This document shows positions 9,236 to 18,627 of a stretch of 48,308 bases of DNA, piece after piece. The first letter of the stretch is position 1. Every line of letters starts with the position of its first letter. Location: contig CAVOCU010000003.1 of the NCBI GenBank assembly GCA_963694315.1, positions 1 through 48,308 on the forward strand, given 5' to 3'. The notes under the pieces were generated by a model that made no database searches, was not told where the DNA came from, and saw only the letters and a list, made by a program, of their open reading frames with translations. This stretch comes from Dehalococcoidia bacterium. Its GTDB lineage: Bacteria > Chloroflexota > Dehalococcoidia > Lucifugimonadales > UBA1127. The position numbers were made by a program, and so were the translations under genes.

Positions 9236-11710
9236 ATGTCGCTGAGTGCCAGGTCACTGGAGTTGCTGGAGTTCCCGGCGGTGCTGGCACAACTTGGAGG
9301 CCATGCGTCTTTCGCCTTGGGGAAGGAAGCTGCGCTCGCTTTGACGCCATCGTCGAACCATGGCGATGTGGCTCGGCGACAGCAGGAGACTGCTGAAGCG
9401 CGATTTTTTATCGAAGCTAACGGAATTATGGATATGGGTGAAGCGGCGGACGTCCGGCTAGAAGCCAAACGTGCAGCCAAAGAAGGTATTCTCACGGGAC
9501 TGGAGTTGCGTGCCATTGCGGAGACGCTAAAAGCAGGACGCATGGCAAGAGGCACGTTTCATCAGAGGTTGAAGGATTGTCCTGCTTTGGCGGAAGTTGC
9601 CGGCCGGATACCGGACCTGGAGGTACAGGAAACCAATATCGGCCGATCTATAAGTAAGAGCGGGGATGTGGAAGACGCAGCATCCCCTGCGCTTAGGAGC
9701 CTCAGGTCTCAATCGCGGATTGCTTATGGTCGACTGGAAGAGACGCTACAACGGCTGATACGCTCAGACAGAGGCCGTAATGTCCTACAGGAGCCGCTGA
9801 TTACAGAGCGTAATGGTAGGTTGGTTGTCCCCGTCAAGGTGGAGATGCGCAGTCGATTGCCTGGCTTGGTGCACGATGTCTCCGGTAGTGGCGAGACCAT
9901 CTTTGTGGAGCCTCTGGCCGCAGTCACTTTGGGGAACCAATGGCGGGAACTCAAACTTGCAGAGGGCAGGGAAGAGGAACGGATCCTCCGGGAGCTATCT
10001 GCCAGCATTGGCGATTACGCTGATGAAGTAGTGTTGACGCTGGAACTCCTTGCCAGATTGGACCTGGCCCTGGCCAAGGGGCGCTATGCCATGAGGTTGG
10101 GCGCCGTCCCCGCGGCCACAGCCGGGTCTGGTTCCCATGACATCCGCCTGGTGGCGGCGCGGCACCCGCTGTTGCGTGGCTCTGTGGTGCCCTTGGCTCT
10201 GGAACTTGGCTCCAGCTCAGAACACGAGGCGTTAAATAGCGAATCTTCAATCTCTCCTTCAGGCTCTTCACGAACCGTACTGCTGATTACAGGCCCCAAC
10301 GGCGGGGGGAAGACTGTGACGCTGAAGACCCTGGGCTTGCTATCGTTGATGCATCAAACCGGCCTCCAAGTCCCGGCATCGGAAGGAACAGTGCTGCCCA
10401 TCTTTGACCATGTCTACGCTGACATTGGCGATCAACAGAGTATTGAACAATCACTCTCCACGTTCACCTCCCACATGGCCAGCGTAAAGGCCATTCTGGC
10501 TCAGGCTACCTCACGCTCTTTAGTGCTTATGGACGAGTTGGGTACCAGCACGGACCCGGAGGAAGGCGCAGCCCTTGCAGAGGCCGTACTCCATAGGTTG
10601 TTGCGTGCTGGCGTTACTACTGTGGCTACAACGCACCTCAGACGCGTGTCTGCCTACGTGCAGGAGACTGAGGGAATGATAAACGCCAGCGTGGATTTGG
10701 ACCCTGATACCTTTGAACCAACCTATGGCCTGACGGTAGGACTGCCAGGTCGCAGCTACGCCCTCACCATTGCCGTCCGGACAGGGCTTCCACCAGAGGT
10801 TGTGGAGCACGCCCAATCCCTACTCTCTCCGGAACACAGACGGGTGGACGAGCTGATAGCGGAGGTAGAGGACGAGCGTCAGGCGGCAGTGGAGAAGCGT
10901 GCTGAGGGCGAGGCCGTCCTTGCTGAGGTCCAAGAACTTCGACGAGAAGCTGAAGCGGAGCTTGAGCGGTTGCGATTGTTGGAAGTAGAGCAGCTTGATG
11001 TTGCCCGACATGACCTGCAATCCCAAGCTCAAGAGTTGATGGGCAAGCTTCAGGCGGCTGGGAGAGTGCTCCAGAACACGAGAACGGCTCCAACGGTGGA
11101 AGCCGTGGCTGAGATTCAACAGGCGGTGGCTGCTGTACAGAACGTGCGTAAGCAGCTACGGACGCGTTCTTGGCAGCCAAAGCGGGCGGACAGGGCTGCA
11201 TGGTTGCAGAACCTTGCGGCGGGGGACATGGTCCGAGTGCAGGGGTTCCCGGGCGTTGCACAGGTCATTTCTGACCCAGATGGGCGGGGAATGGTTGAGG
11301 TAGCGGTGGGTTCCCTGCGGGCGCAGGTGCCCTTGGAGCATGTGCTTCATCGTGACCCAGGCGGTGCGTCTACGGCACCTACCCCCGCTCGGCGAAAGCC
11401 CAAGCCTCAAGTTGAGCCAGCAACAGACGAGGTAGGGAGTTTTCAGTCCGATAGTGGAGTGCTTATTGGGCCTACAACGGAGTTGGACCTGCGGGGCATG
11501 CGCGTAGATGAGGCCCTGGGCCAGCTTGAGTCGTTCCTTGATAAGGCCCTGCTGGACGGGTCATCCCATGTGCGGGTAATCCATGGAATGGGAACCGGAG
11601 CGCTCAGGGCGGCTGTGCGGGAGCGATTGGCATCGCACTCCCTTGTTAATCGATGGACACCAGAAGAGGGCCGCACCGCCGATGGCGCAACGATTGCCGA
11701 CCTAGCCTAG
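9236..11710 (+). CDS. mutS2: Endonuclease MutS2 (with C-terminal Smr domain)
   Basis: LELLEF N-terminus, VHDVSGSGET.FVEP, Walker A GPNGGGKT, DIGDQQSIEQSLSTF, DELGTSTDP, Smr LDLRG...IHGMGTGALR. Start may be 9152. Confidence 0.95.
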   Translation: MSLSARSLELLEFPAVLAQLGGHASFALGKEAALALTPSSNHGDVARRQQETAEARFFIEANGIMDMGEAADVRLEAKRAAKEGILTGLELRAIAETLKAGRMARGTFHQRLKDCPALAEVAGRIPDLEVQETNIGRSISKSGDVEDAASPALRSLRSQSRIAYGRLEETLQRLIRSDRGRNVLQEPLITERNGRLVVPVKVEMRSRLPGLVHDVSGSGETIFVEPLAAVTLGNQWRELKLAEGREEERILRELSASIGDYADEVVLTLELLARLDLALAKGRYAMRLGAVPAATAGSGSHDIRLVAARHPLLRGSVVPLALELGSSSEHEALNSESSISPSGSSRTVLLITGPNGGGKTVTLKTLGLLSLMHQTGLQVPASEGTVLPIFDHVYADIGDQQSIEQSLSTFTSHMASVKAILAQATSRSLVLMDELGTSTDPEEGAALAEAVLHRLLRAGVTTVATTHLRRVSAYVQETEGMINASVDLDPDTFEPTYGLTVGLPGRSYALTIAVRTGLPPEVVEHAQSLLSPEHRRVDELIAEVEDERQAAVEKRAEGEAVLAEVQELRREAEAELERLRLLEVEQLDVARHDLQSQAQELMGKLQAAGRVLQNTRTAPTVEAVAEIQQAVAAVQNVRKQLRTRSWQPKRADRAAWLQNLAAGDMVRVQGFPGVAQVISDPDGRGMVEVAVGSLRAQVPLEHVLHRDPGGASTAPTPARRKPKPQVEPATDEVGSFQSDSGVLIGPTTELDLRGMRVDEALGQLESFLDKALLDGSSHVRVIHGMGTGALRAAVRERLASHSLVNRWTPEEGRTADGATIADLA

Positions 11711-12075
11711 CAAGTGAGCGCCTTGTCGTTCGTTGCATCATCCGCACTAGTCTGTGGTAGCTGTGCCACAATCCAGCGATACCCCATGCCGGTCTCTGTG
11801 CGGATGTACCGTGGGTTGCTTGAGTCATCCAACAGCTTGTGTCGTAGCCTGTTCACGAACACACGTAGGTAATCCACTTCTTCGCCGTATTCAATGCCCC
11901 AAACCTGTTGCAGAAGCATCTTGTGCGTCATCACCTTGCCCTTCTGCGTAACCAGCTCGCTTAGCAGACTGTACTCCGTTGGCGTCATCTTCACTTCCTT
12001 ACCCTCAACAGTCACAAAGCGGAGGGCGAAGTTAATCAGTAAGTCTCCACTCTCAAACGTTGGCTCAGCGCGCAC
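11707..12075 (-). CDS. Orphan OmpR/KdpE-type winged-helix DNA-binding domain (no receiver domain; possible gene remnant)
   Basis: TPTEY.LL, LLQQVWG.EY, YLRVFV.RLR.KL, PRYIRTE.G.GYR. An in-frame stop lies a few codons upstream. Confidence 0.75.
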   Translation of the reverse strand: MRAEPTFESGDLLINFALRFVTVEGKEVKMTPTEYSLLSELVTQKGKVMTHKMLLQQVWGIEYGEEVDYLRVFVNRLRHKLLDDSSNPRYIRTETGMGYRWIVAQLPQTSADDATNDKALTC

Positions 12076-12134
12076 AGATATCCTTAAGTAGTTTCACCCT
12101 GCTCCATTAACCCACATACGCTAAAGCTTCAACC

Positions 12135-12959
12135 TCAGCATGCTTCGCGTTTTGCGTCTAACTCTCGGTCTTCCAGGATAACGCTTAACCCCAGAGCATC
12201 GCCTTCACCACAAGCCTTTGCCAGCAAAACTCCCGTGTCCGTGTACTCGGCGGTGAAGACTGCTTCCCCTCCCTCCAAGAACGGAGCCATGTCAGTGCAC
12301 CAACCCTCTACCACGTAGTCCTCGGTCAGAGCCCAATCGAAGTAATCCACAAGGTCGCTGGCCTGCTCAGCATCGTTTTTCAAGCCAATGGAGAGGCCGC
12401 GTTGGTGGGCTTCATCAACCAGCCATTGATTGAACATGAGCTGGTCGTTGTACGTGAGAGGGAAGCTGGTGTCGTTGGTGTAACCGTCAATGTTGTCCGG
12501 CTCAATGGCGTCAAACCCCTTTTCGGTGCAGAGGTCCAACCGTGCTCTCATGGTGGGAGCTAGAGCATCGATGTTGCGGATGTCCAGCCACCGTTCGCCT
12601 TCCCATCCGTCATAGACCTTCCCAAGAGCTTCACCCGGGAACTCCTTGACGTCTGGCCTCCATTCTTCCCAGCTTCCGGCGTTCATATAGCAGATGACGT
12701 TGCGCCCTTGAGCGTGAAGACGTGAAACCAGGTCGGCGGAGACATCGAACGAGATATCGATGTCTCCGGTGTTGATCTGCCACTGCCAAGAGGTTCCTAC
12801 GGCTGGCTGCCATATCCCAATGGTTGGTGCAACCGTGCTCTTAGCCTGAACAAGTGGGGGCGGCGCAACCTCTTCATCACTGTTATTGGAGCACGCCATG
12901 CCAATCAGCACCACGAGGGCTGCTACTGCAGCTAGAACGTTTCCGGCCCGTATAGCCAT
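12135..12959 (-). CDS. Lipoprotein, GH114 endo-alpha-1,4-polygalactosaminidase family
   Basis: Lipobox GMAC, SWQWQ, VICY.NAGSWEEWRPD, W.GERWLDIR, GFDAIEPDN.DGY, GLKND. Confidence 0.85.
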   Translation of the reverse strand: MAIRAGNVLAAVAALVVLIGMACSNNSDEEVAPPPLVQAKSTVAPTIGIWQPAVGTSWQWQINTGDIDISFDVSADLVSRLHAQGRNVICYMNAGSWEEWRPDVKEFPGEALGKVYDGWEGERWLDIRNIDALAPTMRARLDLCTEKGFDAIEPDNIDGYTNDTSFPLTYNDQLMFNQWLVDEAHQRGLSIGLKNDAEQASDLVDYFDWALTEDYVVEGWCTDMAPFLEGGEAVFTAEYTDTGVLLAKACGEGDALGLSVILEDRELDAKREAC

Positions 12960-13342
12960 TAACCCACGTACGCTATTGCTTCTATCTCTATCAGGAACTC
13001 AGGCCTTGCCAGTCGCGAGATGACCACCAGCGTGGACGTCGGCGGATTCTCGCCAAAATACCTCGCTCTAGCTTCTCGCACCGCATCGATGCAGTCAGGG
13101 TTCACGATGTACGTTGTTGTTTTCACCACGTCGCGCACGGAAGCCCCCGCGGATGCCAGAACGATTTGCAAATTCTGGTATATCTGTTCAGCCTGGGCTG
13201 CGGGGTTATCTACACCCACTATTGAGCCGTCCGGTGCCACCGGAACCTGACCGGAAATGTAAATTGTGTCTCCAGCCTTGACCACGTGGGAATACCCCGT
13301 TGGCGTGTGCATATTGGCGGGGTTCAAGTGTTGCTTTGGCAT
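12959..13342 (-). CDS. RidA/YjgF family protein
   Basis: YSHVV.AG.TIYISGQV, PPTSTLV.ISRL.....IEIEAIA. Confidence 0.92.
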   Translation of the reverse strand: MPKQHLNPANMHTPTGYSHVVKAGDTIYISGQVPVAPDGSIVGVDNPAAQAEQIYQNLQIVLASAGASVRDVVKTTTYIVNPDCIDAVREARARYFGENPPTSTLVVISRLARPEFLIEIEAIAYVG

Positions 13343-13442
13343 GGTGCTCCTCCTGAAAGCAGTGTTTTTCCGATGGCCCTGGTATTATAGCCGCAAGCTA
13401 CCCCCGCGCAGGCAAACTATAGCTATGACCCGGAGGCATGGA

Positions 13443-14453
13443 TTGGACATTGGCAAGCTTCCCGCAGATTTGCTAGGAAAGCTGTTGAGCACAGCAAGTT
13501 CGACTGACCCTCGTGTGTTGCTCGGGCCGCGTGTGGGCGCTGACGCTGCTGTGATTGATATGGGCGACACAGTGCTGGTTGCCAAGTCCGACCCCGTGAC
13601 CTTTGCGACAGACCGCATTGGTTGGTACACCGTGCAGGTTAACGCCAACGACATCGCTTGCCTTGGCGCGACGCCGAAATGGTTCTTGGCCACGGTGCTG
13701 CTGCCGGAAGGTGCGCCCCCAGCGTTGGCTGAGGAAATATTCGGTCAGATTACCGATGCGTGTGCCGGGCTGGGCGTTGCCCTGGTGGGTGGGCACACGG
13801 AGATTACCTATGGACTGACGCGCGCTATCGTCTCCGGACACATGCTTGGCGAGGCGAAGAAAGAGGACGTTGTTTGGCCCGGCGGTGCCCGATCCGGCGA
13901 TGCACTCCTGCTTACCAGAGGGTTTGCCATTGAGGGCACGGCGCTGTTGGCGCGCGAGGCCGTAGATGCCCTGCGTGCGGGTGGCATGATCGACTCCGAA
14001 GTTGCTGCAGCCGCTGCGTTGCTGGAGTCCCCCGGCATCAGCGTGGTGCGGGCGGCGCAGGTTGCTTGCTCTGTTGCTACGATTCACGCCATGCACGACC
14101 CCACGGAGGGCGGACTTGCTACAGGGCTCGCGGAAATGGCGTCGGCTGCTGAGGTGGGATTGGAAGTGGACGTAAGCGCGCTTCATGTATTGCCGGAGAC
14201 CCAGGCGGTCTGTCGCGCTCTCAACCTTGAACCCCTTGGGTTGCTGGCTTCCGGGGCGTTGCTAATGGCGGTGGCTCTAAATGAAGTTGCTGGCGTTCAA
14301 GTTGCGTTAGACCAGGAGGATATTCCATCGCAGATTATCGGCCGCGTTACCGAGTCTGCTGACGGCCTTCGACTCCGCAATTCCGATGGCCTTGTTGATC
14401 TGCCGAGCTTCCCTCGCGACGAGCTTGCCCGATATATGAGCAAGTCGGACTGA
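13443..14453 (+). CDS. AIR synthase-related (PurM/HypE-like) protein
   Basis: GKLP, G.DAAV, KSDP.TF, VNANDIA, VGGHTEIT, MHDPTEGGL. GGAGG before TTG 13443 (ATG 13425 alternative). Lacks the HypE C-terminal PRIC. Confidence 0.85.
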   Translation: MDIGKLPADLLGKLLSTASSTDPRVLLGPRVGADAAVIDMGDTVLVAKSDPVTFATDRIGWYTVQVNANDIACLGATPKWFLATVLLPEGAPPALAEEIFGQITDACAGLGVALVGGHTEITYGLTRAIVSGHMLGEAKKEDVVWPGGARSGDALLLTRGFAIEGTALLAREAVDALRAGGMIDSEVAAAAALLESPGISVVRAAQVACSVATIHAMHDPTEGGLATGLAEMASAAEVGLEVDVSALHVLPETQAVCRALNLEPLGLLASGALLMAVALNEVAGVQVALDQEDIPSQIIGRVTESADGLRLRNSDGLVDLPSFPRDELARYMSKSD

Positions 14454-15343
14454 TGCGTTTTCTGACTCAAGGGAGACCACGCCCCACCGTATTCATGGTC
14501 TACGCTGGCCTAGCGTTGGGCGTCTCCGCTGTCTCTTCTTCTGCTGTCCTCATTCGACTTGCCGATGCGCCCTCACTGACCATCGCGGCATACAGGTTGG
14601 TGCTGGCTTCCATCGTCGTCGTCCCAATCGGTATCGCCACCGACTGGTCTGGACTGAGAGCGTTGACCGCTAAACAGTGGGGCTTGGCCGCCGTTTCCGC
14701 GGCTTGTCTGGCTGCACACTTCGCCTTCTGGATAACCTCGCTGGAACACACATCGGTTGCTAGCTCCGTCATCATCGTCACCGCCAACCCCATCCTGGTT
14801 GCCATCGGCGCAAGGTTGCTCTTGCGAGAGAGCGCATCGTTGTTGGTGATGATTGGCATTGGCATGGCGTTGGTGGGAGGACTTGTCATAACGGTGGGTG
14901 ACTGGAATCTTGGAGACAGCAGACTCTACGGCGATTTCCTGGCGTTCCTTGGAGCTGTTGCAGTGGCTGGATACTACATTGCCGGGCGCAACCTGCGGGA
15001 GCGACTCAGCCTCTTTGGTTACGTGGCCCCAGTCTACGGCGGCGCGGCGGCGATACTGCTTGCTGTAGTGGTTGTCACCGGCACGCCTATGACCGGCTTT
15101 ACGCTGGAGACCTATGGCTATCTTACACTCACTGGCGTGGTTCCCCAGCTTGTTGGGCACACCTCTCTGAACTGGTCGCTGGGCTACCTACCTGCCACCC
15201 TGGTGGCCACTGCAGTGATGGCTGAGCCCGTGAGCGCTACGCTTCTGGCGTGGGTAGTTTTGGACGAAGCACCGGCTGTTGCAACGGTTGCTGGAGGCGC
15301 GCTTGTCCTGTCTGGCGTGTTTGTTGCGTTGCGAGGTCGGTAG
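14453..15343 (+). CDS. DMT/EamA family transporter
   Basis: About 10 TM segments, HF.FWI.SL.HTSVASS, GHT.LNW.L, EPV.A. TGATG overlap with the upstream gene. Confidence 0.9.
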   Translation: MRFLTQGRPRPTVFMVYAGLALGVSAVSSSAVLIRLADAPSLTIAAYRLVLASIVVVPIGIATDWSGLRALTAKQWGLAAVSAACLAAHFAFWITSLEHTSVASSVIIVTANPILVAIGARLLLRESASLLVMIGIGMALVGGLVITVGDWNLGDSRLYGDFLAFLGAVAVAGYYIAGRNLRERLSLFGYVAPVYGGAAAILLAVVVVTGTPMTGFTLETYGYLTLTGVVPQLVGHTSLNWSLGYLPATLVATAVMAEPVSATLLAWVVLDEAPAVATVAGGALVLSGVFVALRGR

Positions 15344-15416
15344 CTTCACCTTGTATTGGGCCTATTGGCGATGCTAGAATGACCATGCAAGTCACGCCAG
15401 TGTCCTGGTTTCTTGT

Positions 15417-15491
15417 TCCCCGGTAGCTCAGCGGTAGAGCAATCGACTGTTAATCGATTTGTCGTAGGTTCGATCCCTACCCGGGGAGCCA
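15417..15491 (+). tRNA. tRNA-Asn(GTT)
   Basis: TCCCCGG/CCGGGGA acceptor stem, D arm AGCTCAGCGGTAGAGC, anticodon arm ATCGA-CTGTTAA-TCGAT, GGTTCGATCC, encoded CCA. Confidence 0.97.
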
Positions 15492-15617
15492 AACACCTCT
15501 TCCTTGCCTTGACATTCGAGGCCTCTGGAGACAATCTTCTTGACTACGTTTTTTCCGTGCATATTTTTGGAAACCCCAATGCCCTTAATTCTCTATGCCT
15601 AGGCTTATACTAGAACC

Positions 15618-15893
15618 ATGTTTTTTACTGTGACCGAAGATGCTCTTGAAGACCTGCTGAAAGGCCGAAGGCGCGAGGAGCACCCGGCTGACAAGGTGAT
15701 GCGTGTGGTCTGGGAGAATGACGACTACGCCTTCAAGCTGGACACCCCTGAGTTCGATGACCTGATATTCACCCAAGACGGACAGCAGGTACTCCTGGTC
15801 AGTCTTGATATGAACGAAATGCTCGGCGATATGAAAATGGACTTGGTGAACCGGGACGGGAAGAACCACTTCGTCATGGTGCATGTGGATTAA
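15618..15893 (+). CDS. Small acidic protein, distantly HesB/IscA-like fold without cysteines
   Basis: 91-aa ORF with F.VTE.A start and LD.P..DD..F pattern. Family assignment tentative. Confidence 0.55.
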   Translation: MFFTVTEDALEDLLKGRRREEHPADKVMRVVWENDDYAFKLDTPEFDDLIFTQDGQQVLLVSLDMNEMLGDMKMDLVNRDGKNHFVMVHVD

Positions 15894-15947
15894 CGTGCTG
15901 CTTGAAATTTGCCAAGCATGAAACCATGGCGCCAGAATTGATATGTC

Positions 15948-16688
15948 ATGTCTGACCCACTAATCCTCACAGCCCTGCTGGCCGCTGTATTCTTTGCGGG
16001 TATGACTCAGGGCACTACTGGCTTCGGGTTTGCGCTTGTGGCCGTCCCCCCCATGACTATCCTAGTTGAGCCACAGATAGTGGTGCCGGCGTTAGCCTTG
16101 CAAACGTTGATGACCAGTGCGCTTATACTTCTGCATGCTCGCCAGCACCTGCGGGTACGCCGAATGTGGCTGCTGCCGCTCTCTGGTGTGGTTGGTCTCC
16201 CCGTGGGAACAGCGATCCTTGTGGTTCTGGATGCATCACTCCTGAGAGTTCTCATAGGCGCTGTGGTGGTGGTTGCTGCTGTTGCTATGATGGCAGGCTT
16301 CAGGACGACACTACGCAATGAGCTTGCGGCATCCGTGCCTGTGGGGTTTGCCAGCGGAACGTTAGGCGCAAGCACTGGGCTATCCGGGCCCCCGGTCATT
16401 TTCTTCTACACAAACCAGAGCTTGGATATCCGAGAGTTCCGGGCGAACCTTGTGGCTCACTTCTTAATCATGAACATCGTCACCATCCCCATCTACGTCA
16501 TAAGCGGGCTCTTCACCGGCGAGACACTGCTGCTTAGTGCTCAGCTTCTGCCAGCGACGTTGGTGGGCGTCACGAGTGGCATCGTTATCAATAGGTGGGT
16601 TAAAGAGGCGTTGTTTCGTCGCATTGCCCTGGGGTTAATCCTGGCCTCTGGTGTCATTTCAGTGGCGTCTGGAATTGTTGAGCTGTAG
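15948..16688 (+). CDS. Sulfite exporter TauE/SafE family protein
   Basis: QG.TGFGFALV, G.SGPPV, about 8 TM segments. Confidence 0.88.
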   Translation: MSDPLILTALLAAVFFAGMTQGTTGFGFALVAVPPMTILVEPQIVVPALALQTLMTSALILLHARQHLRVRRMWLLPLSGVVGLPVGTAILVVLDASLLRVLIGAVVVVAAVAMMAGFRTTLRNELAASVPVGFASGTLGASTGLSGPPVIFFYTNQSLDIREFRANLVAHFLIMNIVTIPIYVISGLFTGETLLLSAQLLPATLVGVTSGIVINRWVKEALFRRIALGLILASGVISVASGIVEL

Positions 16689-16800
16689 CGTCTGCTGCCA
16701 AGTCCCGGAGGTAATGCCAGTGCGTACCTCCAGGTTGATGGGAACCAAAATCTGGCAAAGGCGTCGCATACTGCGGAAGGTAACTTCAATGGAGGAAAGA

Positions 16801-17538
16801 ATGGACTGGGGAGTGGTTGTCTGGATTGCCTTAGGTGTCGTAGGTTCTGGGTTGGTTGCTGGAGGAGGCGTGGCCTATCGTAGAAGCACCAAGACGGGAA
16901 TTAGAGCCTTGTCCGCTGCTCTCATCGCTATGGGACTTGCCATGTGGGCCGTTATCGGGTTCACCGTTCCTGCTTCCACATCATCTAACGGAGGGGAGTC
17001 GCCAGCCCCGGTTGTAGCCACTGATGTCATATCGTCCGGGACGTACGAGCCCTTCACCCAGGAGAGGGTGGCGGCGCTCCTGAACACGGACGATATAAAC
17101 ATGATTGCAGGTGGTGGTCATACTCTGGCCGTGGAGTTCCGTGATGGGAAGGAGATGGCAATCAACGTGGATGCGTCCCAGGTCAGCGAGCTAGGGATTG
17201 AGAGCTGGTTCACAGCGGGGTTCCAGTCATCGGACCCCATCCGAGGCATTACGTTCAGCGTGATGGATTTCAATTCATCCCAATCGGCCCAGAAGCACTT
17301 TGACAATGTGATTGGTGAGACCCCGGGCTTGATATTTATGAAGCCGCCAATTGGGGACACCTCCGCCAATGTTGTGTTCAACGGCCAGGGCCTTGGCAGC
17401 ATAATGATGTACCGCACGGGTGACCTCTTCGTGTCTCTCCATACAGCGCAAGTCTTTGGTATAGAACCGATTATGCCTGTAGAAGGGCTTGGGACCTTGG
17501 CTCAGCTTGTCCTGACACGGATGCAGCAGGAATCGTAA
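16801..17538 (+). CDS. Hypothetical membrane protein (2 N-terminal TM plus soluble domain)
   Basis: GGAGG at 16791 before ATG 16801. Two hydrophobic helices, then a Ser/Pro linker and a globular domain. Confidence 0.7.
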   Translation: MDWGVVVWIALGVVGSGLVAGGGVAYRRSTKTGIRALSAALIAMGLAMWAVIGFTVPASTSSNGGESPAPVVATDVISSGTYEPFTQERVAALLNTDDINMIAGGGHTLAVEFRDGKEMAINVDASQVSELGIESWFTAGFQSSDPIRGITFSVMDFNSSQSAQKHFDNVIGETPGLIFMKPPIGDTSANVVFNGQGLGSIMMYRTGDLFVSLHTAQVFGIEPIMPVEGLGTLAQLVLTRMQQES

Positions 17539-17743
17539 TTACGGCACTGAATGTCGATTGTGGAGTTAGCCTAGAAGTTCTTTTAACGCTGGATCAGAGG
17601 CTAATGGGAGACAGCGCAGATTTGGAAGTCTGCTCATAGATAACCGCTAGGCCATTTGGGTGCAGGGCATCACCCTGCCTTGACACCACGTCTCCACTGA
17701 TGTCCAATCCCCTCAACTCGGATTGCTAATAAGGAGGGCTGCT

Positions 17744-18556
17744 ATGCCACTCGCCCAAGTGAATGGGATTGATATGTACTATGAGACGATGGGCGAAGGC
17801 CCACCGTTGGTGCTTGCTCACGGTGTTGGCGGCAACCATGCCATCTGGTGGCAGCAGACGAAGTATTTTTCCCAGTGGTATCAGGTAATAACCTTTGACC
17901 ACCGTGGCTTTGCTCTGACCAATGACGTGGATGGCGGGCCTGGTCGCGTCGCCTTTGTCGACGACCTTGAGGGGCTGCTCGACTTCTTGAAGCTGGACAA
18001 AGTAACACTCATCGCGCAGTCGATGGGCGGACGTACCTGCCTCGGCTTTGCAGTGAAGAGCCCTGAGCGCGTGAATGCCCTGGTCATGGCGGCAACTACT
18101 GGCTTCTTTGAGGCCAGTGGCGCGCTGGCGGCACAGCAGGAAGCTACGCGGAAAGCCACCGATAGCCTCTCGCAAGCAGAGCGAGTGCTCTCCCCCAGCT
18201 ACCGCGCGAGCGACCCCGTGGGCACGGAACTCTATTTGAAGATCAGTGGCTTCAACGCCTCAACCCAGGCAAGGCTTGGCGGGGCCACTATGGCAGCGGT
18301 GTCTGGCCCCAGCACGGCAGCCCTGACGGAGGCAGACCTCGCGCGAGTGACTATGCCTGTACGCTTTATCGGTGGAGAGGACGATGTCCTTCAACCCCCT
18401 GCGGTCTTGGATTTAGCGTGCAAGCTCTTCCCCAACGCGTCCCTGATACAGGTTCCCCAGTGCGGCCATTCCATGTACTTTGAGAAGCCAGACGTCTTCA
18501 ATTTTCTGGTGCATCGGTTCCTTAAGGACTGCGGCATCGGAGGGACTGCGGACTAA
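17744..18556 (+). CDS. Alpha/beta fold hydrolase
   Basis: AAGGAGG RBS, HG.GG, DHRG, nucleophile AQSMGG, GEDD acid, GHS.YFE.P. Confidence 0.92.
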   Translation: MPLAQVNGIDMYYETMGEGPPLVLAHGVGGNHAIWWQQTKYFSQWYQVITFDHRGFALTNDVDGGPGRVAFVDDLEGLLDFLKLDKVTLIAQSMGGRTCLGFAVKSPERVNALVMAATTGFFEASGALAAQQEATRKATDSLSQAERVLSPSYRASDPVGTELYLKISGFNASTQARLGGATMAAVSGPSTAALTEADLARVTMPVRFIGGEDDVLQPPAVLDLACKLFPNASLIQVPQCGHSMYFEKPDVFNFLVHRFLKDCGIGGTAD

Positions 18557-18627
18557 TCTGCGCAGGGTGAATGCCAGTGCTGGAAAGCGGATGAGATCAA
18601 CACGTAACCACTGTGTAGGGACAAAAA

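Noticed and set aside
13443-14453. PurM-fold gene as the missing senC/selD or as hypE
   Set aside because: It lacks the SelD Cys/Sec-x-x-Lys motif and the HypE C-terminal PRIC, and lies 17 kb from senAB.
15417-17538. Island integrated at tRNA-Asn
   Set aside because: No integrase and no duplicated tRNA 3-prime end seen.
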